The position numbers and the translations under genes are program-made. Below, piece by piece: positions 41,301 to 53,300 of a DNA stretch of 64,000 bases (its first letter is position 1; each line of letters opens with the position of its first letter). Origin of the DNA: Phoronis australis (taxonomy: Eukaryota > Animalia > Phoronida); assembly GCA_002633005.1 (NCBI GenBank), contig NMRA01000076.1:994748-1058747 (forward strand), in the 5' to 3' direction. Under the pieces are notes generated by a model. That model searched no databases and had not been told where the DNA came from. It was given only the letters and a program-made list of their open reading frames with translations.

Positions 41301-44300
41301 GGGGCACTGCCGTCTGTCGGGAGAATTGGGAACGGTGAAACTTTGGAGCCCCAAAGTTCGGAAAACACATACACCCAGATTATGGGCAAAGTTAACACTC
41401 TCCGATTACCTATACATTGATTGAGATAAAAGCATTACGTAAAGTGCATGTAACAACAGGCACTACACTTCACAAAACATCGTATCACTGTTTGAATGCA
41501 TTGATTCAAGAACTTAGAGGAAGTAGGCCCAGTAGACAGCTCCAACTTAACTTTTATAGTTTGTGAATTTCAGCGAAATTCCACCACCTTCGTTGGCACT
41601 ATGGCCGGAAAATCCGATTGAAAACAGATGAAAATAACACTTTATGTGTTACTAATACTGCAAAAATCACGTCAAAATTAGATGCTGCAGCAATATTTTG
41701 CACAGAAATTCCGAGGATTCACGACAAGGTTTCATGAACTTATGTCCAAGAGTACACCAACTTTTTTTTAATCACAACATCAAAGAGAAAGTAATCAGTA
41801 TGAATGGTTCTGTTACTACCACCAGTTCAAAGGTGTTGACTGCCATTAGACTTACTTGTAGAGCATTGGGTGATTGCCTGATGGCTGGTGACGGCTGGAG
41901 ATGTACAGGGTGGATGGGAGATGGTGCAGCCACATGGACGGGTGGCTGAGTTCCGAACACTGTAATATAATAGGAGGTTAGTGATGTAGAGGTTGGAAGG
42001 GAGATGGTAGAGTCACGTGTACCTATGGCTGGTACCAAACATTGTAACACAAGAGGTTAGAACAAGGTGGATGGGAGGTTAACAATGTACAGGGTTGATG
42101 GGAGATGGTGGAGCCTCGAGTGTAGGTGTGGCTGGGTACCAAACACTGTAATACAATATAGACAGTTAATGATGTAGTGAGTGGACCAAGGGTAACACTA
42201 CGGCAGATTACTGCGACCAGGACGATGTCTTCTAAACCTGAGTACAGCACAGCTCTGATAGCATAATAATCTATCCAAGTATTATTTATAATATCGCAAT
42301 ATGCACATGCTAATGAACTACCAGATTCATTTTCAATGAGCGCATTAGTTTGAGAAAATGCTGATTTACATCTCTCGACCAAATAGATCATGAATGCAAT
42401 TCTTGAACTTTAAACAAAGATGGCAGCACCAGCTCAACACCACGAACTGTTCTTTGTGTATAGCCAAACTCACTGCATCTGCTGAGAGACAGGGAGAGCG
42501 AGAGGGAGAGGGTGAGGGAGAGAGAGCGGGAGAGGGGAGGAGAGGGTGAAAGGGGAGAGGGAGAGGGGGAGGGCGAGACGGAGAGGGGGAGGGAGAGAGA
42601 GGGGAGGGAGAGGGGGAGACAGAGAGGGAGAGGGGGAGACGGAGAGGGAGAGGGGGAGACAGAGAGGGGGGACGGAGAGGGAGAGGGGGAGACGAAGAGG
42701 GAGAGACGGAGAGGGAGGGAGAATAAATTTATCACAGTGACCAATGTTACTTGAACACCCAGCCCACTGAGCTTATTAGTCACTTTAAAAAAATACAAGA
42801 ACAGTAATGCACATACAATTTGATATGAAGCTCAAAACATAAGAAATTATTGGTGAACAGAAAATTTTGTCGTCTCTTAAAAGCACTTTCTATTTATCTT
42901 GTCAGGTCATTACAAAAATTACTACATAAATAACAAGTTTGTCTTCAGAGCATAACAGGTCAAAATCTGGGAGAACAAATGTGATTTTATCAAACAAAAT
43001 TCTTAAATCTTCGTAAATAGGACAATGGCAAAGAAAATGAATTTCATCCTGAACAGCAAATTACAAAGCAAGCAAAATCTGTAACAGAGATCAGTGTTCA
43101 AATATCTACCAGTTTCAATATGAGGTGGGAGAATTCCAAAACGAAATTGTGACAAAAGTGATCGATGACATCTGGTCAAACAGGAACGTAAGTAGTTTCC
43201 ATTAAAAAAGTCCTTTTAAAAATTTTGTAGGTTCTTAATTTAGGTGAATGATTGACAGATGTAGTATTAACAACTCAAAGAAGTTTTATATAGCGCTACA
43301 CTCCAGTACACCTATGCTGCCTTCACTAGTGAATTCTGCAGCTGACACCCAGGAGCATGGTGCTTCATAAAAAATGTTTTAAGTAACAATTAAAACACTC
43401 CTCCTAAAATGAAAAGACAGGCTGCTTACTAATGGGTGACGGTGCAGTGGGAGTAGACTGCTTCTGCTGCAGCAGCGCCTGTGAGATGAATGCCTGTGGA
43501 GAGCTGATCAAGTGGACAGGGGACGGTGACTTGGTGACGATACTGGGCTGGTGTTGTAGGAGGCCCACCAGGTTGGCGTCACGCCGTGCGGCGAGGCTCT
43601 GCTGGATCTGCTGCTGCTGCACAGCCTGTGACTTGGCTATTTCCTGCAGTTGAGCCAGGCGTAAGTCAATCACAAGGTAAATTTGCAGTGTTCAAAATAA
43701 AGAGGCGCCTAACTATTGAGTGTATTGTACTGAAAGACAAACTACTACCACAGCACCAAATAAATCTCCGAAAACTGATAACCCTCAGATCACATCAAGC
43801 AACCCACATGTTGAGTTTTTCGAATGCTTACCAGATAGAAAAGCTTCAAGCAATTCCTGTTACGTTACCACCACACAAAATGCCAAAGGGGAGCTGCGAA
43901 ACTAGAAAACCCCAACCATACCAATTCTACCCAACAAAATTACCACCTATTATTTTCAAAGATTAAAAATGACCCAGGAGCCGTTAGTTTAAACTCTGGA
44001 TTTGTATGTTTAAAGACACTAACTACAACAGATTTTTGTTATTTTAGCTGTATAAAGCTAACCAGATAGTCCGAGCAAAGCCTCAGGAAAATTAGAAAAT
44101 GTGAGTTTAATCACTCAAATGTAGGGCTGTCAATTGATAATTGAAAAAAAACAAACTGCCATTAGGAACCACAGCGGTAGTCGAATCCGCCCATCTGCAA
44201 GTTAATAGGAATACAACTGCAAAATTTCAAAAGTATCTTACATGGGGTTTAGGAGATACAAGCATAGATGTGTGAAAAAATGTCACTAGGGGGCACCACA

Positions 44301-47300
44301 GTAGTTGGTCAAGTTTGAAAATTCATGTCTGTCACGCTCTTCTCAGTGGGAACACATCGGCCAATTTTCATAATGATCCTCTGCGTGAGTTGGCAGATAT
44401 AGAAGCGGATGATAAAAACGGACTAAAAATCATTCAAATGGTCAATAAAAGTAAGGTCCTGTCATCTTCATAATAGAATCTTGCTTGTCAAATTACATGA
44501 AAAAGCAAATTCAAGGAACTCTGAAGTTAAAGGCGAAGGCAACCTTTTTCCATATCATTTTGAGCTAAAATAAGGTTGGTTGGTTATCCTAGACATATTT
44601 TTCACTTAATTACAGCTTTTCGTAATTTTATTAATTATTCGTCCGCTTTTCCGGAAGTGACGTTTTAGGAGGCAAGCGCTTCCCGCCAATTTCTTTTCAC
44701 ATAGTCTGACTGTGAGAGATGCCGAGTCAGTCATTGTTCTACCTCGGTTGTGTTAAGTTCCGTCGTCGTTCGCTTTCATTTACTAGTCAGTCAACATGCC
44801 ACACTGTTGCTGCGTACCGGGATGTAGTAATTATCGGCNNNNNNNNNNNNNNNNNNNNNNNNNNNNNNNNNNNNNNNNNNNNNNNNNNNNNNNNNNNNNN
44901 NNNNNNNNNNNNNNNNNNNNNNNNNNNNNNNNNNNNNNNNNNNNNNNNNNNNNNNNNNNNNNNNNNNNNNNNNNNNNNNNNNNNNNNNNNNNNNNNNNNN
45001 NNNNNNNNNNNNNNNNNNNNNNNNNNNNNNNNNNNNNNNNNNNNNNNNNNNNNNNNNNNNNNNNNNNNNNNNNNNNNNNNNNNNNNNNNNNNNNNNNNNN
45101 NNNNNNNNNNNNNNNNNNNNNNNNNNNNNNNNNNNNNNNNNNNNNNNNNNNNNNNNNNNNNNNNNNNNNNNNNNNNNNNNNNNNNNNNNNNNNNNNNNNN
45201 NNNNNNNNNNNNNNNNNNNNNNNNNNNNNNNNNNNNNNNNNNNNNNNNNNNNNNNNNNNNNNNNNNNNNNNNNNNNNNNNNNNNNNNNNNNNNNNNNNNN
45301 NNNNNNNNNNNNNNNNNNNNNNNNNNNNNNNNNNNNNNNNNNNNNNNNNNNNNNNNNNNNNNNNNNNNNNNNNNNNNNNNNNNNNNNNNNNNNNNNNNNN
45401 NNNNNNNNNNNNNNNNNNNNNNNNNNNNNNNNNNNNNNNNNNNNNNNNNNNNNNNNNNNNNNNNNNNNNNNNNNNNNNNNNNNNNNNNNNNNNNNNNNNN
45501 NNNNNNNNNNNNNNNNNNNNNNNNNNNNNNNNNNNNNNNNNNNNNNNNNNNNNNNNNNNNNNNNNNNNNNNNNNNNNNNNNNNNNNNNNNNNNNNNNNNN
45601 NNNNNNNNNNNNNNNNNNNNNNNNNNNNNNNNNNNNNNNNNNNNNNNNNNNNNNNNNNNNNNNNNNNNNNNCAGAATACTCGCCGATGGAAAGTGGTGGC
45701 GACAATTGGTGAAAAATAGCACAAAACAAAAGTAGAATAGAACAGATTCGCACAGTAAGCTCAACGCAAAACCAAGTGGCGGGAAGCGCTTGCCTCCTAA
45801 AACGTCACTTCCGGAAAAGCGGACGAGTAATTAATAAAATTACGAAAAGCTGTAATTAAGTGAAAAATATGTCTAGGATAACCAACCAACCTTATTTTAG
45901 CTCAAAATGACATGGAAAAAGGTTGCCTTCGCCTTTAAAGAGGCAAACATAAAAAAATAAAATTGCCACTAGGGAGTGATTGGTCTGAAACTCACATTCA
46001 TCTCCATAGGAACACATCAGCTAAATTTCAGAAAGATTTTACAAAAGGTGTCAAATTTAGTAAAGATCCTGCAAATGGTTTAGGAGATACAGCCATGAGC
46101 GCATAAAAAAAACAAACTGTCACTAGGAGGTGCCACAGTAGTCAAAGTCATCAGAAATCATCGTCACCGTCCACTTCATAGTAAAAACATATATGCCAAT
46201 TTTCACAATTATCCTGAAAGCGGTTTGGTTGATCGAAGGGTGGACGCCAAAAACGGACTCAAAAACAGTAAATATGGCCACTAGGTGGCGCAAACTAGGT
46301 CGAATCCATCTGAAAACGGAAAGATAGCGTCACCTCACAAACAGAAGCCTGTACACCACATTTTATGAAAATACCTTGAGGACCTTTGAAGATACAGAGG
46401 TAAACGTAAAAAATAAAATTGCCACTAGGTGGCACACCAGTCGTCAGATCTGTTCGAAAGTCCTCATAGTCCGTTGCCATCATCATATAAATGCACTTAC
46501 TAAATTTAGTAAAGATCCAGCAAATGGTTTAGGAGATATAGCCAAAGGCACAAAAAAACAAAACTGCCACTAGGAGGCGCCACATTATTCGAAGTCGTCG
46601 GATAATCATTGTCAACCGTCCTCTTCATAGTAAGAGCATACATGTCAATTTTCCCAACCATGCTTAGAGCAGTTTGGTTGATAGAGGGGTGGACGCTAAA
46701 AAACAGACTCGAAAACAGTAAAAATGGCCACTAGGTGGCGCAAACTATATCGAATTCATCCGAAAACGGGAGGATACTGTCGTCTCACTAATAGATGCCT
46801 ATATACCAAATTTTGTGAAAATATGTTCAGGACCTTCGAAGATAGAGGTAAACATAAAAAATTAAAATTGCCACTAGGGGGCACACCAGTTGTCGGATCC
46901 GTCTGAAACTTCGCTCATGCCGTCCCATCCATGAAAGGAACAAGTGTTCAAAATTTCTTAAACATACGTCAATCAGTTTTGGAGGTAGAGCAGCCGACAC
47001 CGGACGGACGCCGGACACCAGACGGATGCCGGATGGACGGACAGGCAGAGATGACGGCATAATACATCCACAAATAAATATGTGGGTGCATAATAATGAA
47101 ACTTCAAGCAGTTTGGTGGATGGAAAAGGTGACGTCAAAAATTTTTAAATGGCCACCAGGTGGCGCAGAATCGATCAAATCCATCCGAAAATGAGAAGGC
47201 GTCACGTCTCCTTCATAGAAACCTATTTGCAAAATTTCATAATAAAAAACGATCACTAAACGTCGAATCTATCCTAAAACCTAAAACCTGTCATCATGTC

Positions 47301-50300
47301 TTTAATAGAAACCTATTTATCAAATTTTGTAAAAATCTGTCAAGATGTTTCAAAGATATAGAGGCCAATGAAAAAATTAGCCACAACGGGAGCACAGTGG
47401 TAGTTGGATCTGTTCAAATGTCGTCGTCCATTGTAAACCTCATATACATACACCAGCTAAATTTAATACAGATCCTGCAAAGGATTCAGGAGATATAGTT
47501 ATGGGCAAAAAATGACAGTATGAGGCGCCATAGTAGTCGAAGTCGTCAGAAAATCATCGTCAGCCGTCCACTTCACATAGGAACATGTATGCCAATTTTC
47601 ACAACCATCAATACAGTGGTTTGGATAATAGAAGGATGAACGTCAAAAACCAGACTCGAAAACAGTAAAAGTGGCCACTAGGAGGAACAAAACAACTCAA
47701 ATCCATCGGAAAACAAGAAAGTAGTGTCATCTCACCTATAAGCCAAGTTTTATGAAAATCCGTTGAGGACCTTTGAAGATACAAAGGAAAACGTAAAAAA
47801 CTAAAATTGGCAATAGGGAGCACACAGGTAGTCGGATCCATCTGAAAGTTCCCTCATGCTGTCCCAATCGTGAAAGGAACATATGTGCAAATTTTCATCA
47901 ACATACATCAATTTGAAAGGGTTTTTGAGATTAAGCAGCGGATGCTGGATGACGGACAGATGCTGGACGGGTGCCGGATGGACGCTGGATTTTTGAAAAA
48001 GTGACTAGAATGACACGTACACCAAAATTCTCAATGAAAAATGTACCTTCACACAAAAACACTGGTAGCAATGATAGCAATAGTTTACAGAGACAAGTGG
48101 CTATGGCTTGACTCACCTGCGCTAGTTTCTGTCTCTGCAGATGCTGCAGAATGGCAGTCTGTTGGCTAGGGGACAGTCGACTGGTCGTTGATGTCTGGAA
48201 ATAGGCAAATGACAGGAGTCAATCAAGACACGTTGTTTGTAACAAAATGCAATTGTGAGAGTTGTAGACAGTGGTCGAGAAACTGTGCTGGGCACCACAG
48301 GGGTCAACTGTGACTTGTCCAAAAAGTACCATTTTGTAACTTGTGATGTAAACCAGCATACTTAAGATTATGCTGGTACTTATCAACAAGTCATTGCATT
48401 TAGCCAAAGTATATACCAATAAAATTCATCTAAGACTTGTAAAAGAGTAGATTTTCTATAAGTAGAAAGCCCGTAGACTCTGGTATTAAACATTATACCA
48501 ATCTGTCATTAGCCACATATGGAGATTGTTCTAGGGTCCTTTGTAGCCTTAAGGTTGTCCTTCAGTCAATTGGAGGGCCTGAGCCATGTTACCTGTAACC
48601 CAGACTCACCTGCTGTTTAGGCTCATCATGCAGACCTCCTGTTGCTTTCATCATTCCCACCAGCTTGTTGAATGCTGCCATGTCTGTGGACACAGGCTGG
48701 GGCGACGGGGTTCGCCGCACCTGCCCAATAGACGGCACGGTGATGTCTGCTGTCGGGCTGTGGTGGATGGTCGCTTCCAGCTCGGCCACAGTGGTCACTT
48801 TACTGGTAGGAATGCCTGGAAATGAGGCAGGGTCGTGGCAGTGAGTATTACGGCCTGGCTTACATATTGCATCCAATAACTTGGTACGAATCATGTTAGC
48901 TGGCCTGAATCTGCCTGTTGAACCAACCAGTGAACTCTACTTAATCCTATATATTATCTTGTGTAATTAGGATGCCTAACTTGTTATACAACCAAAACAA
49001 TGGGTTTGCTATAAAAAAAACATGGACCAAGACAATCACGGTTTTCAAAGAACCGAATTGCAGCAATGCATGGGGTTTTAAAACCACATCTTCACAAATA
49101 ATGTTTTGAAGACATTAACAGTACAAATCATGCTACATTTATCTAAGAAATGAAAAGTAATTTTTCCATATGAAAGGAATGTTATAGTATCATTGCCACA
49201 CCCGGAGAAAACAGTAAATCAAAATGCAATTTCCAGCAAACTCAGAAACCTGAACAGAACCACACCATCACCACAAAGTAAAAGTTGGATATAAGCAAAT
49301 AAAGCAAGAGGCAAAAATGGGATACACTATACTATGTAAATCAAAGTGACGAGAGAGTGCAATCCATTTTGAAATAGAAGAAAACCAGTCGGTTTGAGCT
49401 GTTGATGAAAAATTTCCAAGCAATTAGTGTCAGTTTGCACGATGAATATAGAAGAATGCCGGGAAAAGAAACCGGAACCATGAATTTCTCTTCAAACACA
49501 AAGCATGAGAAGTCACTGAAGTCTAAAGCACACACACAGGCACTCACATGTTGTAAGCACGCAAGCAAATATGGTTTTCCAACTAAACACACTACTAGAG
49601 GCCAGTCCTGACACTACATCGTGCACACTTACTGGGCGGTAATTGAGACTGGAGCAAGCTAAGGGGCGGAGCCTCAGTGTCCAGCTCATCACTGACTGGC
49701 TGATTTTGGCCCAGGAGGAGGGCCTTAAGACTAGCCTCAACCTCCTTGGCTCCGCCACTTAGCTGCCCTGTCCTCGTGGGCGGGCTCTCGACCTTGGCGA
49801 CTGTCTTCTCTGGAATCGTCATGACAACAAAAGGTGATTGACACCATGAGCAAGGAACAAACGAACAGCGGTAAATGAAGATGTCAGAGATGGGACAACA
49901 AAAACTAACGATTACGCAACACAAGAGGTCCCATATATCAAATAATGAAATCCCATTAGAACAGCTTTCCGTTCAATGCAAAATAGCTGCAGTTAATTTA
50001 CGTACTCTACAGGTTCACATAAAATTTTAAACAAAACCTTTTGATCTAAACATCTTGGCTTACTTTGAGTAAAAACAATTCAAAAAGTTAACATTTTAAT
50101 TAGTGGTGGAAATCTTAACTATAAAATGTGCTAATATGCAACAGAGAACATGAATGATACTAATTACTAAGTTTAAAGATGCAGTAATACCTTTAGTGGT
50201 CTGTGTGTGAGATTTCTGTGCCTGTTGTAACAGAGCCATGAATTCACTCTGTGGCTTGGCCATATCCCGAGGGCTTGGCAGGCGACCCTTGGGTGACGGC

Positions 50301-53300
50301 GTGGGGCTTTTTTGATTACCAGATATCAGGTCTACAGCAAAAAAACATTTAATAAAGATTAGTAGGACTCCGACAGTAAACAATTTGTGCTTCATCTGGT
50401 CATGCAATCATTGCTTAGCTGATGTCTCAAGAAAGGGTAAGTGATATCGTAAATCTATGACAGCCAGTCAAAAACCCAAAATCGTGCCTTAATTAGACCA
50501 GTGGGGAGATAGCGAATCATGCACAGTTCAAAAAGGGGAAGAAAACGATTCCACGCTCACACCTCTGAATTTCAGCTATGACCCCCTTTACCTTAGTCTC
50601 TGACTAATTAACACCCAGCCCATGATACAAATTCTATACTCGTGCCTCTTCACTCATCACGCGCATTGAAAATACTCCACACTCGGTGACCAAACTCCAG
50701 ACCCGGATGAGGAATTTGGTTTCAGAGTATTGAGTTTGGTCACGGGGAATGGAGAATTTTCAGGGGTGCAGGTCAGCACTTCCACCGCACATTTGGTGTT
50801 TGCTGGTCCAAGACTGGTTTTAGAGGATTGAAGCTGTAGTCACGGCCACCCTGGATATTTAAACAGCAACATGTCTCACCAGCTAAGTAACCAAATTCAT
50901 CATTTAGAGATGAGCGACGACTGCTCTCGCGACTTTTCTCCTGCTTCCGTTGGCTGAACAGGTGACTAAAGCGACTGCCCATTGGATGAGAGCTGTTCTC
51001 TTGAACCCCTTCAATCTGAGTACAAAATAGTAATGTTAACTAAAATATAAGGCAGGTCACTATGATTCCCAGTGACTATGTATGGGGGCAAATCATCACG
51101 GACTTGCGTGAGCAGACGGCTAAGACACGTTGTTTTCAACAGAAGCTCACACCTTCTGAATAACCTGTGTTGAAAAGCGAGAAGCAAATCAGAAGAAAAT
51201 TAATTTGAAAATCATTACAGAATGAACCGGAAAATATTTCCTCTGAAACTTTGTCATTTTTTGACAATGTGATGCTTGTCTCGGTTTCCTTTTGAAAACT
51301 GCTATAAACAAACAAGTAGGTAGCATTCAAACAACTCCTACATAAAGCACAAACTCAACTAAAAAGAAGCGGTAATTTAGACATACTCTTCCAGTTAACC
51401 TCACTGAAGTTTAATGCCCTCAGAAGTTCCACAACAAGTGATCATCTTGTGACTAGCACGCGACAACTAACATTAAACCATTGACTGCAGGCACGCTTTT
51501 ACCTTCAAGTAGATGCCTAATGAATTTGATTATCAACTGATTATTTTTCAAAATTTTGAAATTTTCACTGCAGTTTTGACAGAAAGAGGTAACTCCACGA
51601 AATGCGATTTCATAATAACTGCATCTCCTTTGAACTCGCACAGTTTGAATTTGCAAAAGTAAGATGGCGGTGGCAAAAGATACCAATTGCGAAAACTTTC
51701 CTCAAGTTAGTATGAATGATAGCCATATCACCAAATTGTTGCTCCAAGCTACCAAGCAATAATCAAAGTTATGTGATGCACAAAGACTGTAGATTCATGC
51801 ATCAAATCATAGTAAACTTACATATGACAGGCCAACTGTCACACTTACAGGCAAGCCAGGAATGTCCATCTTTTGCAAGAAGTCGTTGAAATCAAATGGC
51901 TGCAATGTAGGTGTAGTGTCAGGTGATGATCGGTGCTCATTGGCTGAGCTTTCCGGTGAGCTTGATTCATTAGTCTCCAAACTTCCATTTCTAGCCGCAA
52001 CACTAATGTCCTCTGTAATGAAGCAAACCTATCATCACGTCAAATGATTCTTTTTATGAAATGTCTCTTGCGATAAATAGCTAATTACATCAGTATAAAC
52101 TATTAACATCCATCGTACCAATACAATCATAAACTGGTAACTACTGGATTAATAAAACCGCGCTTAGTTTCAAAAGTTTAACCAAGCTAATTTTCGTAAA
52201 AACTGCGATGGAAACCTACCAAAAATAATGATAAACAATACCCTGTCCATTACAGCAAAACCTCACCAGCTTGGAGAAATTATTGCCTATTAAAAGTTAC
52301 ATTAATTTTCCATTTCTAAAGGCCTCCAACATTGTAATTTGAGAATGCTCACAATTTATCAAACATTTTTTGATGGTAGCTGTAATAGAACATGAAAATG
52401 TCAAAGCATTTATCTGGAGCTAATTATCTTTTATGAAAAAAATCATTCGCCCATTAAAGTGTGCTTTAAACTGGTGAGAAACAGTTTCGTCAATTCATAA
52501 ACTCTTTTGAAAACTACACTATAATGAACATTTCAATCTGTTAACACCTTCTGAGCGCACCTGCTGTTTTCCTGGACCTGTCCGTGTCCTGATCAGTCTT
52601 CTCCGGCTCCTCTTCTGGGCCATCAAAGCCATGTAGCTCTATAGTCTCCGAGATACTGATGGGACCGTGCGTGAACCACTCCGGTTCCTCCTCATTTCTC
52701 AACTGATAATGTCCCGTGTACCGCTTGTAGCCTCGCTCCCAATGGTCATCCTACCAAAGAGAACATGACGGTTGATAGATGACATTTAGAATTGACTGGA
52801 ACGTGTCATAGTTGGCGATTGTCAAAAGATGTTTGGTTATAAGAGGTTTGGACTACTCGTACAATAGCAGCGAACAGTTGCAAAGGAAAACAATACTCCT
52901 TAAAGCTGCTATGTACTTTAGACTTCCAACCATCATGAGATCATCTCAACTTGTTCCTTAGTCAAATTAGAGGGATTCCTGGGCTTAAAAACACTGAAGT
53001 TCACTAAAACTTGAGACCAAGGACAATTGGGCCAGGTGTTGCTAGTGAATATTGATGTAACGTTGTGCGAAACTGCAGGGATTTCATCCATTGAAAGTAT
53101 ACGGAGTTGGCGGTCCATGTACTATAGTCTATGATGGAGGTGAGCTCCTGCACGTGAACTATGATTGACTTTACAAGTGAAGCAATATTTCGCTCTTATG
53201 AATAAGCAACATCGCCTTCACAATAACATGGACATGACAGTCTGATCAACATCTGTTTCGTGAAAAGTGACTTCAGACGGAAGTCGGAAATTTGGTCCTA

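Larger units (their letters stand above)
44150..48010 (+). mobile_element. Composite repeat of ~150-bp diverged core units with (GGAC)n-like tails; resembles Helentron-associated HINE/DINE-type elements
   Basis: Recurrent unit anchored on GCCACTAGG(T/G/A)GGC with a ~450-bp higher-order period. GGAC/GGAT microsatellites at ~47001-47045 and ~47938-47990, and a short hairpin CATCCACA..TGTGGGTG at 47065-47088. Boundaries are approximate and the class is inferred from architecture. Confidence 0.6.

Noticed and set aside
42388-42798. SP-rich and RE/GE-rich ORFs
   Set aside because: Translations of the GA-rich low-complexity tract.
44719-45764. ~300-aa ORFs in five frames
   Set aside because: They consist of the N gap; only the THAP-like start at 44796 is informative.
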